DNA of 62,343 nt, the filler included, from Choristocarpus tenellus KU-1152 (taxonomy: Eukaryota; Protista; Phaeophyceae), in NCBI GenBank assembly GCA_964200185.2. It is 13 parts of 13 records of this genome, joined end to end, with 100 filler letters (N's around TTAATTAATTAA, not from the genome) between each part and the next. Parts side by side here need not be neighbours in the genome. Positions count along the whole stretch, not along the records: positions 23,046 to 27,765 come from CAXNAD020013347.1; positions 27,866 to 30,450 come from CAXNAD020026535.1; positions 30,551 to 34,623 come from CAXNAD020016369.1; positions 34,724 to 42,908 come from CAXNAD020005032.1; 9 more parts are not named here. The stretch is one strand, 5' to 3'. Under the pieces are notes generated by a model, which ran no database searches, had not been told where the DNA came from, and saw only the letters and a list, made by a program, of their open reading frames with translations. Shown here piece by piece: positions 25,857 through 39,535 of this stretch. Made by a program: the position numbers and the translations under genes. The number at the start of each line of letters is the position of its first letter. Within the stretch, counting starts at the first letter, position 1.

Positions 25857-27700
25857 AGGACGATGACCAAGAACATGTCATAGCTTATGCTAGCTATAGA
25901 TGGTCTAAAACAGACAGTAGGAGAGCACCCACTGAAAGAGAATGCATGGCTATCTTGTGGGCGGTAGAGCACCTCTGCTCCTACATTTGGGGTAGGAAAT
26001 TCACCCTAGTCACTGACTGCTCAGCACTGACTTGGCTCTTCGAGAGTCGTGAACTTAGCCCCAAGCCCCACAGGTGGGCCCTCCGCCTTATGGACCATGA
26101 CATGGAACTGATGCGGCGAGCAGGTTCGAAGCACCAACTACCGGATGGATTGTCACGACTCTCCTCACCAACAGCATCAGGTTTGGATATCGACTATTCT
26201 TTTCCTGACAATCCGTCAGTAGCTTGTAGCAAGAGCTACGCTGGACCTCGAGGACCTGTCTTAGATGGTGTACGTTTGCAGGATTTAGGTACATCAGACC
26301 TAAGCCCAGGTCACCCCACATTGTCCCCTTGCTCTTTCTATGCGTTGGTAGATTCAGAACTAGAGTGTGCTCCTCCCTCACATGATGAACCGAGTCTAGG
26401 TGTAGCACAAATGTTACTTCAGGGAACAGTTGATGCCACACTCTCAGGAATACTGTCAGCTCTTCAAAATTGCCACACGGAACCTGATAGTCGAGACTTA
26501 GGCGTTGGAGGTTGGCTACCACTCAGTAGTCCCCAGGATCAAAGTCTGCCAGTATCTATACCCCCTCCCTCTGGTTGGATGGCCCCAGATAAGATGCCTA
26601 GTGTAGACCGGACACACCCCCCACAGCAACTCCTTCTCCTGTTTAACGCCACTAACACTTTTGGTTTGCAACCTGTAGACCCTACCCTCGAAGACAGGGT
26701 AGAAATAAAAGGAAAAGCAAGAGAAGAGAAGCCACCATACAAAAAAAGGCGCACAAGTACACCAAGGCCAAAGAACAAGAAAGGTAGGGACAGAATAGTC
26801 CGAATGAGTGAGATGGTTCAACACCACCCCACTCTCAAGAGAGCAATGACTACTCTCTCAGACGTGTCAGAGCTAGGGGAGAGGCAGAAGAAAGACCCCT
26901 TCTTGGGCGCATACCGGGTGTACCCAAAGGTCAAGAACACTGGAAGTCGTCACTGGAATGGGGGAAAGGGAGTATAGATGTGGAGTCATATTCCCTGGAT
27001 GATAAGGAGTTACTCTGGTACACCACTGGAGAGTATGCACCTAGGCTAGCAGTTCCTCGTTCACTAGAGTCAGATATCATAGCACTAGTTCACCTGCAGA
27101 CTAGCCACCAGGGAGTTGGACACAGAGTAGCCCTAACCCATTGATACTTCTTTTGGCCCTTACTCCACAAAGACACGCAGGATTATGTTTTATCCTGTGG
27201 CTGTCGCAGACGAAAGAGGACTAGGAGCGCACAAGTGGCAATGCTGCCAGCCAAGTTCCTGGAACAAAGAGATATACTCGAGATGGATCTACAAGATGTG
27301 GGACACATCTCAGCAAAAGGCAACAACTATCTATTAATTGTGATTGATAGAGCTTCGAGAATCCCTTTTGCATTCCCAATTGCGTCAAAGGAAGCAACTG
27401 GAGTAGAAACAAACGTGTTGGAATTATGTCTTACATTTGGCATCCCTCTATCAATTCGTAGTGATGCAGGAGGGGAGTTCATAGTAGACATAATGAATCG
27501 CCTTTGTCGTTGGTTGAAGGCCCCTATCAATTATGGACCAACTGGCAACTCGAGAAGACAAGGGGAAGTGGAAAAGATGGGAGGTCTGCTTTAAGAAATC
27601 CTGTCGGAACTATGTGTGAAGTGGCCAGTTAGATGGGATGAATATGTATCTCCGGCATGTTGGGCACAACGCACTACTCGAGACCCATCTGATGTTTGTA
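25857..27700 (+). mobile_element. Ty3/gypsy pol remnant (RNase H, long linker, integrase)
   Basis: HVIAYAS...PTERECMAILWAVEH...FTLVTDCSALTWL (RNase H); H-H-C-C zinc finger; EMDLQD, YLLIVIDRAS, IRSDAGGEF, GEVEKM (DDE). In-frame stops at ~27142 and 27592. Confidence 0.92.
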
Positions 27701-30550
27701 GATAGTGCTGCTGGTACACTACGGACACCATCGGTGGAGTAGATTAGGAAATGCAGACACCACTGNNNNNNNNNNNNNNNNNNNNNNNNNNNNNNNNNNN
27801 NNNNNNNNNTTAATTAATTAANNNNNNNNNNNNNNNNNNNNNNNNNNNNNNNNNNNNNNNNNNNNGGGTCTTGCCCATCCTCAATAAAAAGCTCCATCCT
27901 CAATTTCGATGGTCGGCTATTTTTGGGTGTGAAAATTATTTTTTATTTCTATATTCTTCGAAATATGTACCTATGACTTTATTACTGAAGGAAGAGTTCT
28001 TGAAGAACTGGGACAGGTCTTTTCGTTCTGAATAGGTGATCTTCTGTGAAAGATTATCATGTTGATTTTTCTTTTTTTAATTAAGAACACAATATTATAT
28101 TGGCCGTTTGGCATCTAGAACAATTTCCATCACATACGACCCTTCACTACTTGTTCATTTGTGACGTGTTTTTCGGATGGAACTTGAACCAAGAATCATG
28201 CACGTCCCTCCACTTCGAGTAGACTCACCCTCCTCTTCCCAGCATCAAGTCTCTTGTAAGTTACAAGTCACCAGAACAACTGTGAGCAAGTAATGGATAA
28301 AAACGAGATATATATTTCCCAAATGTGTCTAATGGTATTATTAACTTACCAGGCATTGTGGCAGTGAGCTTGTTGATCATGTGTATGGAGGAAGTCTGAA
28401 TGAGTGGGAAAAATGAACATGAGAATCGCAACTACTATTAACTACTTCTAAAGTTTGAGAACATTCGTTCAGATGTGTACTACATAGTAAGAAATTAACT
28501 ATATGGCAAAAAAAGTTTGAAGAAGCGGAAGAGGTCTTTTCGTCCCTGTAACTGATATTTTCGGAAAGATGATTGTGTTGATTCTCATAGGATTGAGTTC
28601 GTTTTGGACTAGGAACAATTTTTGTTGACTGTTGGACACCTAGAAGAATCTTGATCACATCAACCCCACAAATGTGCTTTGTCAAGTTTTTGTTTGAACA
28701 TAACTTGAATCAAGTTTCATACACATCAGAGTTCCAGTTCAACCCTCCTTCCCCATTCTGAGATAAAATCAAAGAGACCCCTTCTGACACACGAGTCACC
28801 ACAACAACAGAGTGGTGCAGGTACCCTAGGACAAGATATTGTTCCATATCAGCGTTTAAAATGAATATGGAGGGTAGACAAGTGTATGGCGTGACTCATT
28901 CTAACAAGATGTCTCACCAGCAACAAAAAAAATCCGTTGTTGCTCCCTCTCAAGGAGCACAACTTGAAAAATTCAATTTCTGGGAAAAAATCTCTTGTTA
29001 AGAACATTCTTCATATTCACATGTAAAAGATTATTCTGTAGGAGAAACATTGAGCTGTTGAACTATTGTTGAATAACGATATAGTTGATAGTGATGTCTT
29101 TGTCAGGTGACTACACCAATATTAGGGTTAGGGTTATTATAGTACAAGAAGAATAATCCTAGAAAAGGAATGTTTTAGCAAGCAACATAGCAAGTGACAC
29201 AGATTGAGTGACGAGTTATTAGTGATCAGTGATCAGTGAAAGGTTTATCACCCTCCTTAATGAACGATATATCTCAATCACTCCAACTTTCTACCTCTTA
29301 CAACAATACTGAGAAGGAATTAATCTACGTATTTCAATATCAAGACTCGGGGATTCTACACATTCTTTAACATCTCTCTTCATTTTCAATGAGCATCTAC
29401 GAATTCAAAGGGCCATTTGTTTAAACAGAAATGAACTACAAGAGCAATACACCATGAGACATGAACAACACTTTCCTCCACCCCACCCAAGAAAATAGAA
29501 GCTCAAGGCAATCCCAACTACAAGCCAGTAACCTCCAACAATAGGGAACTAATTATCATCACAGACACCAACTGCAATAGTATTTATATTGACAGGATAG
29601 GCAAGAGCAAGCAGGGAGGAGGACAGAAAAGGACGACAAATGTTCAGTGTGTCCCACAGACCAAGAGAAGGCTTCAGATTGCTCACCCATCACATTTGGT
29701 ACACCACATTCAATTGGTGTAGAATAAAGCAAGTGCAGTATGACAAAGAGCTCTACCCAGCCAGAACTCACATACAAGCCTTGCACAGAAAAACTGTCAC
29801 AAACACTAGCAAATAGCCTTCTGTGCGTATCTCTACAGCATTTAAGTTACTGATTGGAAAACCCCACCCTCCAGCCCCCTTGAAAAAATCCAGAAATGTG
29901 GTAAGATCATACCTTGTCACCAACATATGATATCCTCAACAACTACACTCATTAGCCCAAACCACAAATTCTCTATCCTTTGGTAGGCATTTGTGTTACA
30001 TCCCCCCTTCATTAACCCATGTTTGACACCGCTCCCCACACTCTGTCCACAACCACGCCTCCCAAGTCTCCACCTGCGCCCCAGACATCTCATGAAAACT
30101 CCAGGACACGTTCAGTACCTCCTGAGGATCGCCAAGGTGAGATAAACAACCGTCACATAATAAATCGAGCTTACGTCAACAAGAATTGAGCTGAAGCATA
30201 CAAAATTATGGATATGCTGTTAATACTACCATCGATATCAACATGTACAATCACATTCACGTGAGGGGAATTGGAAGTACCAAGACTTAGGGTTAGGGGA
30301 ACATCACACAAAAAACGCACTACAAAAGCTGTATGTATGTATGAGACAATTTCAGTACATCAACGACAATGGTAGTATAAATTAAAAAATAAAAGGGTCA
30401 AAGTATCTGGGGGGGTGGGAGGGGGGGTGGGGGTGGTTTGTGACGGGGCGNNNNNNNNNNNNNNNNNNNNNNNNNNNNNNNNNNNNNNNNNNNNTTAATT
30501 AATTAANNNNNNNNNNNNNNNNNNNNNNNNNNNNNNNNNNNNNNNNNNNN

Positions 30551-30937
30551 TTATCTAGGAGGGAGTGGCGGCTGTCCATTTGGGGTCAATTTTTTCATGT
30601 CGCGATTTTTGGGTGGTTTGGTTGCATACGTCGGATGGTTACTGTAAATTCACTTTTCCTGATTCTGCCCCAAATTGACACTCTGGTGTAGCCCCCTCCC
30701 CCCCAGATACTTTGGGTCAGATCCCAAGAAAGAACAAAGAGTTGACGTTTTGTACAATTTCAGAAAGAGTCAATACTGAATTGTGGAGTCACTTTGTGTG
30801 TGGAAAGGGGGAATACCAGTTTCGGGTACACTATAGTGCATATAAGGAAATGAACTAGAGTGTATTGCACGGGCTAAGAGAGATGACTTGAAATGCAAAA
30901 GGGTCCAAACCTGCCTAACTCTCAATTGGTTTGGCTC
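30551..30937. mobile_element. MITE A (30551-30718) nested in MITE D (30719-30937)
   Basis: A ends AGATACTTTGGGTC and is followed directly by D-internal GATCCCAAGAAA...CTCTCAATTGGTTTGGCTC. Confidence 0.8.
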
Positions 30938-33900
30938 AACACACGGAAGAGTATAGGAAAAACGAGACATTTGCATGTTAATAGTTGGAAAGTGGTTTTG
31001 TTACAACGTTGAGAGAATATGGAAATCGTCACAGTTTCAGACAAGAAGACAGCATTGTCACCTTTCCGTGCGATTGGAACACTTCACAATATCGGTCCCC
31101 TTGCACAAAGTGCTTGAATCGCTGGATGTATTAAAAGTGGCAATGAACTTGTTGTAACCAAACAACTTCAGCCTTCGTGTATTAATTGCCAAGGGTAGTG
31201 AGCATGCCGTTGGGGCCGTTAGCGCTGGGAATTTGTCCTTCACGCACCCTGCCCAAAACAAGTCGTTTCCCATCCTTTTGACCAGGTAGCTACCAGTATC
31301 TAGCCTGATCCTGCCGAAGCCCAGTGCCCAACATAATGGTAGGAGTGACAAACCCATCCAAGCACTTTGAATTGCAAAGTTTTCAGCCCATCTCACCAAG
31401 ATCTATTCTAACCTTGCCCAAACCTGCCCTGGATTTGGGTGGAATGTTACCCCTTCCAAGGTAGCAGCAGGCTTTGGAGGTAAGAAGAAAATCTCGGTTG
31501 TCACAATGGAGGGGCACGACACATGAACAGCAAGGACTTCACACTTTGTGGGGTTGATGTGTGTGTTGTATATGTTGGTCCTAATGATGCAAGGTGGGTG
31601 AGTTTGTAAAGTGTATGTTGGAGGGGGTGCAAAATACTGAATATGAGAACAGTAGCTGACCATATTTTGAAAGTTTTCAAAATTTTGTTAAGCATTTGTA
31701 GACACCTACAGTATATAAAAAGGAATGCATTCAAGTGGAACAAGAGCTCTGCAAGAACTGGATTTGGTCTTTTTGTGCCTGAATGATGATCTCTTTTGGA
31801 AAGATGGTGATTGTATTGACTTTTTTTCGCTATGGAATTTATTTTGAACTAGGAGCACAATACTTTTAATCGTTTGGTACCTAGCGAAGAAAATTCGTAA
31901 CTCAAGACTAAACAGTTATTATATTGCCAAGTGCTTGTTTGACCAAAAACTGTGAATCATGAATCTCGCACGTCATTCCACTTCCAGTCCGACCTCTCTT
32001 CCCCATTTGAGCATAAGCCCCCTTTTGCACCACCAGTCACCATAACAACAGTGAGGAAGCACAGCATAACCCTGGAATATGGTCGAACTATCCTTCCCAA
32101 ACGTGTCTAGGCCCCCAATAGGACACAGTGTACACTCTATTGCATGCTCCTCTGTTGTCTTAATGTTGCAGTGTTTTTTCTCCACCCAGCGTCCTGTCTT
32201 GATCACAGTTTGTAGTGATTCAAACAAATCCCTTTCTACATCGCAAGTTGGTTTAGGAATCGCTGCCTCATTTTTTATAACTGAAAATTGTCTCTATTAC
32301 TCTGATGCTGCTCATTACGTCTGCCCCGTGTTTCCCCTAAAACTTGCTGCTCTGCACTCTTACTCGTCCCCTTTCCCTCCTGCATCTTGTCATTGCGCTT
32401 CCTCCCCACATTCATCACATTGCGATAGGATGGTATGCAACGAACTCAGCTTAATTCTACTTTTCTGTGATCCCTTCAGTATTTGAGGCCCTCTCCTCAA
32501 TTTGGAGATGCTGGCCTGGGTTACCTGTCATCATGGCGATCACCATGCCCCTAAAACAACTCAGTCCCTTGCCCAACCTGTTTGCCTACCTCAGCCTTTC
32601 ATCCACCGAACACATCTTGAGAAGTCATCAATGATGTATGTGACTTCCTCGAGTTGTCGCTGTCCTCTGGACAATGATAAGCCCTTGAGTTCACTGCCTC
32701 TGTTGACGGATATCCCCAGTCCTAAATGGAGGTTGGACCCCCCAATCAAAAGAGAGCTGCTATGCCTGTGAAGGCCGACCACCTGACACAGTCATCCAAG
32801 AATCATGATAATCTATGAAGAAGGCAAGATCCACTCATCTTTGCTGTGCCAAGCACAATCGAGCACATTGGTGTTGTTCAAACCAACATAGATAATTTGA
32901 AATTGAAACGGAATTTTTATAAACAGAGGGGAATGGTTATTCTAACAATTTTGGGAGCATCTAATCTCCAAGCGAAAAAACATTTTCTTTGCTCACGAAT
33001 TCTTGAGAAAATACCTGGCCTCTCTTAGCTTTACATCCACTCCACTCCTCATCAGCTAACATCACATCACACCTATCTGTCCATATTGTACCGGCGTCAT
33101 ACCACCACCTTGTTACAACACCAACTCTACACCACCAGCTTGTAACCCCCCCAACTATGAGGCCAATTTCCCACGTATCCACTCACAATCCCATGTAGCC
33201 GCTTCCCGCGTCTCTACCTCCACACCAGCGAGGCCAAATTTCGCGTCTCACTTCCACACCATTGTGGCTAATTTCTGGATATCCACTTACAAAACAATAC
33301 GGCTGATTTGCAAGTAATTTATACCCCACACGAATGCAGTCAATTTCCATTCCTCCATTCACAAACTAATGTAGCAATTTACCGCGAATCCACTCCTACA
33401 CCCATTCTCCCAAAATGCTTCACCATTATCCATGACACTCCACCTTCTTCCACAATACTCCTCACTCATCCAAGAAACTCCAATAATAATCCACTCCCGT
33501 CTCATGCCTTCGAACTAGAAGACATATGCCATGATCAAGCTTGACCTCCCCTCGACCCCAACATCCTGCTCAGTCATAAGCATTTGAGAGGGTGGGCGGG
33601 TGGAAAAGATTGCTCATTGATTGTCCTGCCCCCCTTGTCCTGCTTCTCCTAAACCTTTGACTTTGGACTTCTTTTTTTACTACTCGTCCTTTGCCCCTGC
33701 TCCTTATTGCCACCAATTTATATTAACTCCATGACAACAAGGTCTGCTTTCAAGCCACCCAATCTTTAACCTCTTGTCCACCCTCTCTACTTTGTTCCTT
33801 CTTCATTCATCACGGTGTCAGCTGGTTTGCTTGTCGAGCATGTCAAATACTTCCGTCACAAAAGTCAGATATTGCCTCATTAAACTATTTCCCATTTCTG

Positions 33901-34424
33901 GGCCCGATGGGGTTCTCTCTATCAAGTAGTAGATCCAAGTAATGCTCACTCGGTTTGGCATGTTTTGTTGTACACATCACATTTCGACGGCCATGCTTTG
34001 GGGAGAATAATAACACGCTTTGTCTCCCAACTACATTTCTCAAGTTTGTTCGGGTGATAAGGTAGTGCACTGCCTCCCTCTTCCTGGACATATTTGTGTT
34101 CTCTTCTCAGTATCGTAAGTAACGTCACACTATGCAAAATGGCTAGAAATGATACAATGACAGTAACAACGAACAGTTCGCACAAGAAAACGAAGAAAAT
34201 GAGAGTTAAGCAGGTTCGGGCCCTTACGCATGCTAAGAGCCATTTTTGCTACTCTTTCAATGCGCCTTATTTCTTTGATTTATGTGCACAATAGTGTTCG
34301 CAATTATTGGTAGTCCTCTTTCCACACATACAAAGAAATTTTTGGGCAGTAAAGGCAGAAGAGGTTGGAAATACATTATTATAAACTGCGGATACGTTTT
34401 GGTATTAGTACCCGATTGAGTACT

Positions 34425-34623
34425 AACAGCCGATTTCAAAAATTGAGGATGGAGCTTTTCATTGAGGATGGGCTTGACCCAAAATTGACTGGGATAAAGT
34501 GTCGATATATATTTTTTTGTATTGTCATTTTAAAAAAAACATATCGACACTTTATCCCAGTCAATTTTGGGTCAAGCCCATCCTCAATGAAAAGCTCCAT
34601 CCTCAATTTTTGACATCGGCTGT
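34425..34623. mobile_element. Foldback MITE family C (~90-bp near-perfect arms)
   Basis: ACAGCCGATTTCAAAAATTGAGGATGG...CCATCCTCAATTTTTGACATCGGCTGT. Confidence 0.9.
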
Positions 34624-34723
34624 NNNNNNNNNNNNNNNNNNNNNNNNNNNNNNNNNNNNNNNNNNNNTTAATTAATTAANNNNNNNNNNNNNNNNNNNNN
34701 NNNNNNNNNNNNNNNNNNNNNNN

Positions 34724-37700
34724 GGAGCTTGCTGGCAATAGACAAGGCGTGGGGAGGGACAGAAAAGGAGGAGGGGGAGGGGGAGGGAAAGGGGGGTTCA
34801 TGGGAGTTCACATCTCGAGGGAAAGCAACAGGACAGAGGTCGTCTTCATCTGCGCGAGGTCTGTACTTCATTTATTATTATTATTGTTATTGTTATCATC
34901 ATTATAAATTTGGATTATGGTACATAGGATCTGATAGGTTCTGATAGTGGAAGATAATAACACCGCTTGAAGTAGTTAGGGTTAGGGTTAGGGTTAGGGT
35001 TAGGTCGTGCTGTTTGTTGGTGTTGAGTTTATGTTGACCACAGAAAGAAAATAAAGGAGGTATTGATAGGAGGTGATGCGCTGATTGTGTAGACATTACA
35101 TTTCATTGAAAAGATTGGATTGGTTGGATTGGATCGTTCCAGTCATGACTGGGGTCGGTGTGTAGCTGTCCTTGTATATGTAAGTGCAATTGGTGTGGGA
35201 GTGGGAGTGAAAGCTACCAATAATCACAAAGATAAAAAAGGAGTTTACCAATATATATTCCGCAAGTTTTGATCGAGGATATTATTCACCTACAAACCAA
35301 GATCAGTTAGAAGCCTTAGTAAGGAGAGAAAGGAAATATTTAGTGGGATGTTTTATGGACACAAACAAACAATATGATTCTGGAACACATTGTATTGGGT
35401 TGTGTTGACAAGATGGCGGTGACCATGCTTGAAGATACACATATTGTTTTATTGATTTGCAATTTTACGACAGCATTAGGTACACCCTGTCCTGACTCAG
35501 TAGAAATATGTTTGCCTGCCGCTATAAGTGGATTGTGGTCTCATACGCTGTTTGAACTGACCAGAAACTGGAGCTGATTCGGTTTCTGGAAGGTCGACTT
35601 CAATTCCAGCAACTAGCATTGGAGCTGTAATCATGAAGATAATAAGAAGCACCAGCATAACATCAACCATAGGAGTTACGTTGATTTCATTCATTAGTTT
35701 TCTATTTTTTCTTCTATTATGTACTACTTGAGATGAAATTGCCATATCTACATCTTCTCTTCGTCTATTGCTTGTGAAATCAAGGTATTTAATTCTCCAA
35801 TAAAGTTATCAATTTTATTTTCGATATTTTGTACGTCTGAAGTTGAATAATTATAGAAAGCCTTACTATGTCCTCAGTCTTCCGCTAGACCTCACCTGAT
35901 GTCTTCCATTGAGTGTAGTGAAGTAGGTGTGGTGATAGGTAGAGACTTCAAGTAGCTAACGTTTCTGTATACATTAATCATATTCATGGTTTGGGGTATT
36001 GCCATTTATTTTTCAGTGTGTTCCGAGTATAAACTGTTATCTATTGGGTAGATTCAATGTTAGGGTTAGGGATGATTATTCTAATAGTTAAGTACTGATA
36101 GGTCTTGTCAGAGTGTTGATTATGTAAGAGCACTCTCGTTGTGCACCTGGGTGGCTAAACCCTAACACTATTGATACACTGATGTTGGTACATGAAACTT
36201 TTTTTTTTTGAAGAGATACCGAAACTAAGTGTTGGGTATCATGTGAAGTAACCCTAACCCTAACCTTGATTGCTGATATTAAATATTAAAATATCAATAA
36301 ATACAATAATAGTGTTACTAGCAGGAATTTTCTAAAAATGTTGACTTAGTTAAAATGAATTCCATGAGTGGGAGTACAGTACATGCTTTCTGTGGCACAT
36401 GAAAATAAGGGACAGACACACCTGATGCTTTTTTTTACTTGGTTCTGATGGGGATAGGTTGAAAATACTCCCCTACCTAGTGATTTTAATAGTATCAGTG
36501 CATCATCATCTAATATGATCAGGCGTTCTTGTTTAGAAATAAAGGGAAGTTTTCTTGGAGTCTCTTGATATTGAACTTATAATTGGGGTTAGGATTCTTA
36601 ATATTGGTATGGTTATCACAAGTCAATAAATGTTGCTCTAACTTTCTCCCTACTTTTTCCTTTAGTATTGATTGGGGTATCCAAGTATTTCATTATCAGT
36701 GTTGGTGAAATGGCTACTACCATGAAATAAACCAATGGCATTGTGTAGTATTTGATATATGCTATCAAAATTGTTATAGTGTGTATATCAGTGGTATACC
36801 TTATAATGTCATACCCATCTACTGATCCCTCCAATGTGTTGTTTGGTGGAATATACAATTTGACCCAAAATTGTCAGCCTGGTGGGGTTTTTTTTCTGCA
36901 CTAATTTGGTACTATTATGCTAGTAACAGCAATATACTATTTGTTGTATTGTACATGATATTGTATTAATATCATGTCAGGGAAGGGGAGAAGGGTCGTG
37001 AAGAGGCACAGAAGGAGGAGGAGTGAAGGACTGGGTCTACTACACCTTGAGGTGGTGAAGGAAACACACCAGCAACAAAGGGAAGAGAGGGTCAATACTT
37101 CTGCACCATTGGAGGGACTGCGGCATGGGAGGAGTAAGTAATTGTTTTGTTCACATGTTGTATGTCATGCGTTTCAAATTATTAATATTAATATCAATTG
37201 TAGGCACTGGTATCGTATGGACATGATGGTTGTTGGACCCCTTACCCTTTTTTGTCAAAGGTTGTTGTACATAGAGCCTTGCTTGAGAAGACCTGACAGC
37301 AATAGCTTCTGGTGTTATGTATTAATTGGGATGTAGTGAGAAAGGAACAAAAAGGCTCTATTCATGTTTCATGCTTAATGTTTAGAATATATTGTGATAT
37401 GAATGGATGACTATTTGTGAGGATGTTGATGCCTGTTATGGACTTAGGGTTAGAGTTATATACAGGATTTGTAGCTGTCAATATATATTTGAAGTGTATT
37501 AGCAATTGTCGTTTGATATTGTGGCAGTTACAAGTAATGGGATTGTTTGATCCAGTGGACGCATTTGAAGTAAATCCACTGCAAACACAGCCCTAACCCT
37601 AACCCTAACCCTAACCCTGGTTGGAGGAAGAATAAGAATACCTCCCAGGCCTTTGCCATCAATGTGTTGTTGTTATAAGACATCACAATGTTGAAGGCAT

Positions 37701-38987
37701 AAAGGTATTAAGTCAAGTGTACTGATACTACAACAATGGTTGTGTAAGATGTGATGATAGATACATATAGTACAACAATTGTGAAATAAGAAAAAGTTAC
37801 TTTTTTTTTTTGAAGCGATACAGACTGACTGATTTTGGTGTTGTGATAACTTGTAATATTCAAGTGCTCCTTTCTCCTTTATCCTTTCACCCGCATGACT
37901 ACATCTGCAAAATGATGGTGGGCATAATGTGTATAATTATTCATGTTGACATTGATATGGTATGCAGGTTTGACTGTTCCCTTTTGTTTATATTTTTGTT
38001 TTTGTTTTTGACTTTTGTTACAGTATGCAGTTGAATCCTTTTGAAGCATGGTGTTGAAATAAGCACCCTCTTGTCGACATGCTCAAGAGTATACATGGTG
38101 TAGAAAGGCATCCACTATATACAATAATAATGCTGTTAATATAGATAACGTTACAGATAATAGTTACTTCAACATATGTTATTTAGTAATGTTAATAGTT
38201 CCTATTCTGTAAGTCCTGTTATCGTTTATCCAGACAAAAAGACTGGTTATTTTTCTTGATGTGATGGATATACCTGTTTTAATAATCACACAGTACTTTG
38301 GTCACATGCAGCTTCTTTTTTTAGTTTATACTAACATAGTTACACTATGTGGATCAATCGTGTTGACATTAGTGCAATAACACATTATTAATGGATTATT
38401 ACTATGTGTTCAGATTCATACTATTATTCCTGTGCTTGAGGTGTATACTGAACTAGTAATTAGTGCAGCTCTCACAACACCTCAACGAACACCATTATTA
38501 TAATCTTGTATCATGAGTCGATTTGACAATAACCACTATTATAATAAATGAATATATTCAATAATTGAACACAATTTATTACACCTCTTGAACTTACATG
38601 TGTTGATACAGATACCAATTTGACATTTAGCACATCCCGGAAGGGTAAGGTCAAGATAGCGCAAAAGTCAACCTCTTTACACCAATCAAATGGTCTGCTT
38701 GTGGCATTCCTCCAATAGGATACAATTGTATGGTATTAGCAGCACAACACCCTTCCCACTAGTAGTAGTATTAATAATAATAATGTTATTGTGACTGTCA
38801 GTGGCGTTGTTCACATGTTTTTTGTGTTGGGTGTGTTGGGTGTGTTGGGTGTATTGCAGTGCCATCTTTAGATGTGTCACGAGTTGGGAGGGACATGTCT
38901 TCAGCCGCTGCCACTGCTGCCAGCCTTGATCTTGACTTTGGTGAACTGGAACTTACTCACCTCATTGGAGGGGGAGGTTTTGGTCAG
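34724..38987 (+). CDS. Probable TKL-type protein kinase, partial; exons <34724-34858, 36981-37133, 38860-38987
   Basis: The last exon gives [21 protein letters not shown]|GTATGT (kinase Gly loop). The upstream purine-rich exons are phase-compatible (phase 1) with AG/GT ends. The first exon's donor (GTCTGT) is weak. Confidence 0.65.
35557..35745 (-). pseudogene. tolR: Bacterial TolR/ExbD N-terminal fragment (Rickettsiales-like)
   Basis: MAISSQ...[44 protein letters not shown]; similarity stops abruptly after SGQ. Confidence 0.88.
35748..35858 (-). pseudogene. tolQ: Bacterial TolQ C-terminal fragment
   Basis: [36 protein letters not shown], with the stop 2 nt before the tolR ATG. Confidence 0.8.
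37591..37618 (-). repeat. Interstitial telomere-type (TTAGGG)n tract
   Basis: (CCCTAA)4; similar tracts at ~21136-21156, 34976-35004, 36251-36265, 39205-39255 and 42567-42584. Confidence 0.85.
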
Positions 38988-39535
38988 GTATGTATGTATG
39001 TATCCTATTATGGTTGCTTGTATGAAGTATACCGCCACATTTTTGTATTGTAAGGTCCATCTATTCTAGATATATGCCAAGTATGGTATTGTGTCAATAG
39101 ATACTCCACTGGTGTATTTGAAATGATAGTAAACCACCAGCGAATTGTTTACATAAAGGGGTATGATTCATATTGTTTATAAATAAGGTATTATCTCTTG
39201 ATACAGGGTTAGGGTTAGGGTTAGGGTTAGGGTTGGGGTTGGGGTTGGGGTTGGGGACACAATTTGACAGTTTTGTTGATCATATATATATATATATTGA
39301 TGTATTGTGTGTTGTGTATGATGTGTATGATGTGTTTGTGAGCACAGTCATGAACAAAGAAAAAGTTGCTTCGTTAGCGGATGATTGTACCTTGGAAGAA
39401 TCTCCCCCCCTAGAGAGAGATCCTTCCTTTTGTTGCCAGTTCAGTATCATCATTTTTTGTAATTTTTTTTTGTATCGTAGTTACTATGAATATGTTAATA
39501 TGTTAATATGTTAATATGTGAATATCGTGGTATTC

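Noticed and set aside
31050-31400. Possible hAT dimerisation-domain remnant (FWAGCVKDKFPAL)
   Set aside because: Only a short motif, too degenerate to support a call.
35497-35556. ORF-track C-terminal extension of TolR as a functional gene
   Set aside because: Read-through into host DNA; the periplasmic domain is missing, so it is a fragment.
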